Part shown: one piece after another, positions 59,598-64,000 of the stretch | Position numbering within the stretch: the first letter of the stretch is position 1 | How the letters are laid out: each line of letters begins with the position of its first letter | The notes under the pieces: model-generated | Told to the model about the DNA's origin: nothing | What the model saw: the letters and a program-made list of their open reading frames with translations, nothing else | The model's database searches: none | Assembly (NCBI GenBank): GCA_018056705.1 | Contig: JAGPFE010000006.1 | Span: forward strand, 8,437 to 72,436 | Length of the DNA stretch: 64,000 bases | Direction of reading: 5' to 3' | From: Candidatus Hydrogenedentota bacterium | GTDB taxonomy: Bacteria; Hydrogenedentota; Hydrogenedentia; Hydrogenedentales; CAITNO01 | Made by a program: the position numbers and the translations under genes

Positions 59598-59763
59598 GGG
59601 TTCCTTAATCCACGTTTCCGGCTGGTAGCCACCCGTTTTTATCTTTATTCCTGTTATCCGTAATCGTTGACAATATAACACATCCCGCTATCCCGCGTCC
59701 GGATCACCGCGCCGCTGGACGCGTCCGGGACCATATCGGTACAATGTCCCGCGAGGTACCCTT

Positions 59764-60444
59764 ATGTCCCCATCGCTGACGATCGGTTTCATCCTGGTCA
59801 ATTACCTGTTCCTCGTGTTTTCCCTGTGCGTGCACGAGGCGGCCCATGCCGCCATGGCAAACCGCCTGGGCGATCCCACCGCACGGCTCATGGGACGGCT
59901 CACGCTCAATCCCGTGGCCCATGCCGACCTGCTGGGCACGGTTATTCTCCCCCTGTTCGCCATGTTTTCAGGCATATCCATCCTGTTTGGCTGGGCCAAG
60001 CCGGTGCCGGTCAACCCTTCCAACCTGCGCGATCGCCGCAGGGGACCCATGATGGTCGCCCTGGCGGGCCCCTTTTCCAACCTGCTCATTGCCGTGTGCG
60101 TGGCCCTGCTGCTGCGCGGGCTGGCCATGGGGTTCGGCGCGGTCGAGGGAGACCTGCGCCTGCTGCTGGCCATCAAGATCATCGAAGGCCTGATGTTCAT
60201 CAACCTAGTGCTGATGATCTTCAACCTGATCCCGCTGCCCCCCCTCGACGGCTACAGCGTCCTCGAGTACTTCCTGCCCTATGAATGGGCCCGCAAGTTC
60301 GAACAGATCGGCCCATACAGTACCCTGATCCTGCTCGTGCTCGTCTTCTACTTCCGGATCCTCACCGTGCCCATGACCCTTGCCGTCACGGGCATGCGCT
60401 TCCTGGCCTATTACGGCACGCCGATCTGGAACCTGCCCATCTGA
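59764..60444 (+). CDS. site-2 protease family (M50) zinc metalloprotease
   Basis: 226 aa; HEAAHA HExxH motif; NLIPLPPLDG motif; multiple TM helices. Confidence 0.8.
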   Translation: MSPSLTIGFILVNYLFLVFSLCVHEAAHAAMANRLGDPTARLMGRLTLNPVAHADLLGTVILPLFAMFSGISILFGWAKPVPVNPSNLRDRRRGPMMVALAGPFSNLLIAVCVALLLRGLAMGFGAVEGDLRLLLAIKIIEGLMFINLVLMIFNLIPLPPLDGYSVLEYFLPYEWARKFEQIGPYSTLILLVLVFYFRILTVPMTLAVTGMRFLAYYGTPIWNLPI

Positions 60445-60450
60445 CACGCC

Positions 60451-61104
60451 ATGGCTCACCTGGGGACACCTTCGCCTGTCACCTTCCGACACCTCGGATC
60501 AGGGGTCCCCTATGCCGACGCGCTGCGCCTGCAGCACGACCTCGTCGATGCCATCGCCGAAGGCCGGGAGTCGGAAACCGTGCTCACCCTCGAACACGCG
60601 CCGGTAATCACCCTGGGGCGTCGAGCCAATCCCGCGCACGTGCTGCTTCCCCCCGATATCCTGCTTGAAAAAGGGATTTCCCTTGTTCACGTGGACCGGG
60701 GAGGCGACGTTACCTACCATGGACCGGGACAATTCGTGTCCTATCCCCTGCTCCGGCTCGACCAGCGTAACCTCACGCCACGGGGTTACCTTCGGCTCCT
60801 TGAGGACGCGGTCATCCGCCTGCTTGCCGCGCTGGACATCCAGGCCACGCGCCTCGAAGGCTATACCGGCGTGTGGACCCGTTCCGGGAAAATTTGCGCC
60901 ATCGGCGTGGCCTCCCGGCGATGGGTCAGTTTCCACGGCATCGCCCTGAATCTCACCCCGGACTGGACCCACTGGTCGTACATCATTCCTTGCGGTATCC
61001 CCGATAAACCCGTCACATCCGTGGAAAAAGAACTGGGAAAACGGATCGGCGTGGCGGAAATCCTTCCCCTCTGGCGAGAAGCCTTCCTGGAAATCTTTCC
61101 CTGA
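60451..61104 (+). CDS. lipB: octanoyltransferase (lipoyl(octanoyl) transferase) LipB
   Basis: 217 aa; LEHAPVITLGRRAN ... DRGGDVTYHGPGQFVSYPLL ... CAIGV LipB motifs. Confidence 0.85.
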   Translation: MAHLGTPSPVTFRHLGSGVPYADALRLQHDLVDAIAEGRESETVLTLEHAPVITLGRRANPAHVLLPPDILLEKGISLVHVDRGGDVTYHGPGQFVSYPLLRLDQRNLTPRGYLRLLEDAVIRLLAALDIQATRLEGYTGVWTRSGKICAIGVASRRWVSFHGIALNLTPDWTHWSYIIPCGIPDKPVTSVEKELGKRIGVAEILPLWREAFLEIFP

Positions 61105-61118
61105 CCGTCACCGACCGG

Positions 61119-62189
61119 TCATCCCAGCCTGGAGAGCGCGTCGAGCGTCTTTCGCGCGCACGCGTCCCATGTAAAGGCCGCCGCCCGCCGTAAACCGGCC
61201 GCGCGCAACCGGTTTCGCCACCCCTCGTCCGCCGCGACCGCCCGCATGGCTTCCGCCAGTTCCTCTTCCGCTTCGGGATTGACCAGTACCGCCGCGTCCC
61301 CGCAGACTTCCGGTAAACTCGACCGGTTCGACGTGATCACCGGGGTACCGCACGCCATGGCCTCCAGCGGGGGCAAACCAAAACCCTCCATCAGGCTGGG
61401 CCACACCAGGACCGTCGCCGCGCCCATCAACTTCGGCAGTTGATCCTCCGTCACGTGATCGGTCAGCAGGGGGCGATGTTCCAGGGCCCGCAGGGTGTCG
61501 TCCCATGCCGCGTGTCGCCATCCCCGGCGCCCTGCCACCACCAGCGGAAGCCCCGTCTCTTCCGCCACGCGGTCCCACGCCCGCGCCAGCCGGGGCAGAT
61601 TCTTGCGCGGTTCAATGGTACCGACAAACAGAAAGTATCCCCTGGGACAACCCAGTGCTTTCCGGACTTGCTCCACCTCTCCCGGGGCCAGGGGACTGAA
61701 TCGCTTCGATACGCCCAGGTGCACCACGACCACCCGTGTTTCGGGAATGCCCAGCAGGCGGCACACGTCGTCGGCCGTGCTCTGGGAATCCACCAGCACG
61801 AGATCCGCCCTTCGCGCCGGCCGCTCCACGCTTACCCGGTACCACGCGCGACGGGCCGGCGAAAACCACTCCGGATGGGCCAGGTAACACAGGTCGTGTA
61901 CCTGTACCACCATCGGTCGCGGCGCGCGGCTTACCGCCGTGGAAGAAGGAAAATACACCGCGTCCACGCCCCGCGCGTCACACCAGGCCCGCAGGCGCGC
62001 CCGGATCGCCAGGTACCGCGCGGGGGCGTTCCCCGGCAATGACAGCACGTGGAACGGGCGGCCCGGATCAAAGCCCGGTGGACACAGCACGGTCCATTCG
62101 CCCGCCTCGGGCAGGGTTCCCAGGGCCGCGCACAATTCCACCACGTGCCGTCCGGTCCCGCTGCGGTTTCCCGCCTGCCCGCCATCCAT
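61119..62189 (-). CDS. glycosyltransferase family 4 (GT-B)
   Basis: Start at the ATG at 62187-62189, sharing one base with the upstream gene stop (TGATG); EX7E-type C-terminal motif region. Confidence 0.8.
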   Translation of the reverse strand: MDGGQAGNRSGTGRHVVELCAALGTLPEAGEWTVLCPPGFDPGRPFHVLSLPGNAPARYLAIRARLRAWCDARGVDAVYFPSSTAVSRAPRPMVVQVHDLCYLAHPEWFSPARRAWYRVSVERPARRADLVLVDSQSTADDVCRLLGIPETRVVVVHLGVSKRFSPLAPGEVEQVRKALGCPRGYFLFVGTIEPRKNLPRLARAWDRVAEETGLPLVVAGRRGWRHAAWDDTLRALEHRPLLTDHVTEDQLPKLMGAATVLVWPSLMEGFGLPPLEAMACGTPVITSNRSSLPEVCGDAAVLVNPEAEEELAEAMRAVAADEGWRNRLRAAGLRRAAAFTWDACARKTLDALSRLG

Positions 62190-63310
62190 CAGCACGCGCA
62201 CGCCGCCACCCTTTCGTACAGTTCCAGCAGGGCCGACGCGCTGGCCTCCCACGAAAAGCGGCGGGACGCCTTCAGCGCGCGGTGGCCCCAGGTCTCCCGG
62301 GAGACTTCATCCTCCAGCCATTCCCGCATGACCGCGCTAAGGCCTTCCACGTCCCCGGGATCCACGTAACGGACTCCATCCCCCCCGACTTCCGGCAGGG
62401 CCGACGTGTTCGAGGCCACGCACGCGCAACCGCAGGCCATGGCTTCCAGCAACGGCAGGCCAAACCCCTCGCACCAGGAGGGCATGGCGAAACAGGCTGC
62501 TCCCCGGCACGCGTCCCGGACCGTTTCCCGGTCCGGCAGGTAACCGGTCCGGATCACGCGGTCGGCGACGCCCGATTGCCGCAGCGCGTCTTCCAGGGAT
62601 TCCATGCCCCACCCCACGCCGCCGGCAAGCACCAGCGTGGCCCGGAGGCTCCGGGGAATTCTGGCAAACGCCTCTACCAGGGTGAACACGTTCTTCCGGG
62701 ATTCCAGGGTACCCACGTACAGCACGTAAGGCCCCGGGATACCGTACCGCGTGGCGAAAGCCTGACGTGCCTCCGCCGTCTCCGCCGGCGTGAACATGGG
62801 ATCCGCCGCGCCATGTATCACGTGAACCCGCTCTTCGGGCACCCCGCACCATCGCGTGATCTCCCCCCGGGAATAGGTCGAGCAGGTCACCACGGCATGG
62901 GCCCGCCGCGCGTCCGCGACAATGTCACGGGCGAAATGACGCCTGATCCGGGGACTCGACCACGCCGGATTGACCAGGAACGCCAGGTCATAGATACTGA
63001 GGATCCCCCGGGCCTTCCTCAACGGCGGCAACACGTAATTGGTCCCGTGGACCACGTCCGCCCCGCCCAGCAGCCCCTCCGGAGCGGGATGCCCCGTCCA
63101 TCGCCATAGGCCATGCAGCAGGCGGGTGGGCACCGGCAGGTGGATCCTGCGGGCCAGCCCCAGCGGCAGCGGACGAAACCGCCCGGACGACCACCCCTTC
63201 CACGTGATGTCACCTCCCCGCCCCATCCCGTGCCGCAGCAGTTGATACACGTATTCCCCCACGCCGGTCCGGCGCGCCGTCACAGGCGTAATGTCCACGG
63301 CTATCCGCAT
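62189..63310 (-). CDS. glycosyltransferase family 4 (GT-B)
   Basis: Start at the ATG (cat at 63308-63310), giving MRIAVDITPVTARRTGVGEYV; the ORF opens with TTG at 63316. Confidence 0.8.
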   Translation of the reverse strand: MRIAVDITPVTARRTGVGEYVYQLLRHGMGRGGDITWKGWSSGRFRPLPLGLARRIHLPVPTRLLHGLWRWTGHPAPEGLLGGADVVHGTNYVLPPLRKARGILSIYDLAFLVNPAWSSPRIRRHFARDIVADARRAHAVVTCSTYSRGEITRWCGVPEERVHVIHGAADPMFTPAETAEARQAFATRYGIPGPYVLYVGTLESRKNVFTLVEAFARIPRSLRATLVLAGGVGWGMESLEDALRQSGVADRVIRTGYLPDRETVRDACRGAACFAMPSWCEGFGLPLLEAMACGCACVASNTSALPEVGGDGVRYVDPGDVEGLSAVMREWLEDEVSRETWGHRALKASRRFSWEASASALLELYERVAACAC

Positions 63311-63585
63311 GCGCAAAGGATCCCGCCGGGGGTACGAAGCACCACCCGTCGGCTGATATTAAACCCTGCCCGATCCCCCAGGCAATCTCCACCCGGGGGG
63401 GGCCACCCGGTGTCCGTTTCCGGCCTGGCTGCCGCGTTTCCCGGAATGGGGCAACCTCTGGGATAATACCCCGGAATCCGGCGCGGGTAGACAGGCAACC
63501 TTACGGTCAAGGCATTCCCGTCACCCCACAACGCGGAGAACTTCCCCCGCTTTACTGCGCCTGCAGCTTTTCGCGGAGCGATAAC

Positions 63586-64000
63586 GTGCGACTGCTTGAA
63601 CTCATAGGGCTGGCCGTGGGCCTTGCCATGGATGCCACGGCCGTGGGCGCGGCCGTGGGCGCAGGACTCAGGACCGTCACGGGGCACCAGTTGTTCCGGC
63701 TGTCCTTTCACTTCGGACTTTTCCAGGCCCTCATGCCCGTGCTGGGGTGGCTGGCCGGGTCGGGCGCGGAACAATGGCTGGCTCCCTGGGACCACTGGAT
63801 CGCGTTTCTCATTCTCTCGGCCATCGGTGGCAAGGGCCTGAACGGCGCCTGGGGAGAATGGAAGTCCGGCACCACGAACGCGGATACCATCCGGTGGCAG
63901 GCTGATCCCACCCGTGGTCTCTCCCTGGTGGCGTTGTCCCTCGCCACGAGCCTGGATGCCTTCGCCGTCGGGGTCACTTTCGGGATCATTGGCCTGAACG
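63586..64000 (+). CDS. mntP: putative manganese efflux pump MntP (5' partial, runs off the window end)
   Basis: GTG at 63586 with GGAG 7 nt upstream. Translation VRLLELIGLAVGLAMDATAVGAAVGAG...PWDHWIAFLILSAIGGKGL...LATSLDAFAVGVTFG shows the MntP-family SMDAFA/SLDAFAVG repeats. Not in the ORF track because there is no stop in the window. Confidence 0.6.
   Translation, partial: MRLLELIGLAVGLAMDATAVGAAVGAGLRTVTGHQLFRLSFHFGLFQALMPVLGWLAGSGAEQWLAPWDHWIAFLILSAIGGKGLNGAWGEWKSGTTNADTIRWQADPTRGLSLVALSLATSLDAFAVGVTFGIIGLN

Noticed and set aside
63301-63795. 164-aa minus-strand ORF spanning the GT4 start, the mntP leader and the mntP 5' end
   Set aside because: Overlaps two well-supported genes on the other strand or frame; no motifs.
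1-64000. CRISPR arrays, IS elements, integrases, tRNA/rRNA genes
   Set aside because: No short regularly spaced repeats, transposase/integrase-like ORFs or tRNA-like cloverleaf candidates were seen in the few intergenic gaps; the window looks like core chromosome.

Overview
This is a GC-rich bacterial chromosomal segment (roughly 60-65% GC by eye). It is almost fully coding and shows no rRNA, tRNA, CRISPR array or transposase/integrase genes. The centre (7.4-25.1 kb, minus strand) is the conserved ribosomal-protein superoperon. It runs rpsL-rpsG-fusA directly into rpsJ-rplCDWB-rpsS-rplV-rpsC-rplP-rpmC-rpsQ-rplNXE-rpsNH-rplFR-rpsE-rplO-secY-map-infA-rpsMK-rpoA-rplQ, driven by a near-consensus sigma70 promoter upstream of rpsL. 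tuf, rpmD, adk, rpmJ and rpsD are absent from their usual positions. Flanking genes encode: a FecR-domain protein, a GT9 heptosyltransferase, a YhaM-like exoribonuclease, an HDOD protein, a tandem Usp protein, hisH-hisB plus a metallophosphoesterase, a 1279-aa PKD/PqaA-like lipoprotein, a GntR regulator with an enolase-superfamily enzyme, a FeeM-like GNAT next to a FemAB-like protein, class II DAHP synthase, ilvC and a PP2C phosphatase. Further along is a long translationally coupled plus-strand operon of secreted neutral-ceramidase-like and beta-helix proteins, an M28-like peptidase, hemN, hemY and a BASS transporter. After it come a DUF1559 (H-X9-DG) prepilin-type protein, FadL, a Ser/Thr kinase-FGE fusion with a TlpA-like redoxin, an M50 protease, lipB, two GT4 glycosyltransferases and the 5' end of mntP. 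The DUF1559 pseudopilin, the kinase-FGE fusion and the multiple ceramidase-like secreted proteins are consistent with a Planctomycetota/PVC-type organism; this is an inference only. All calls come from reading the ORF translations and the DNA directly, and no database search was run. The ORF track treats GTG/TTG as Met, so start sites were re-checked on the DNA where it mattered.
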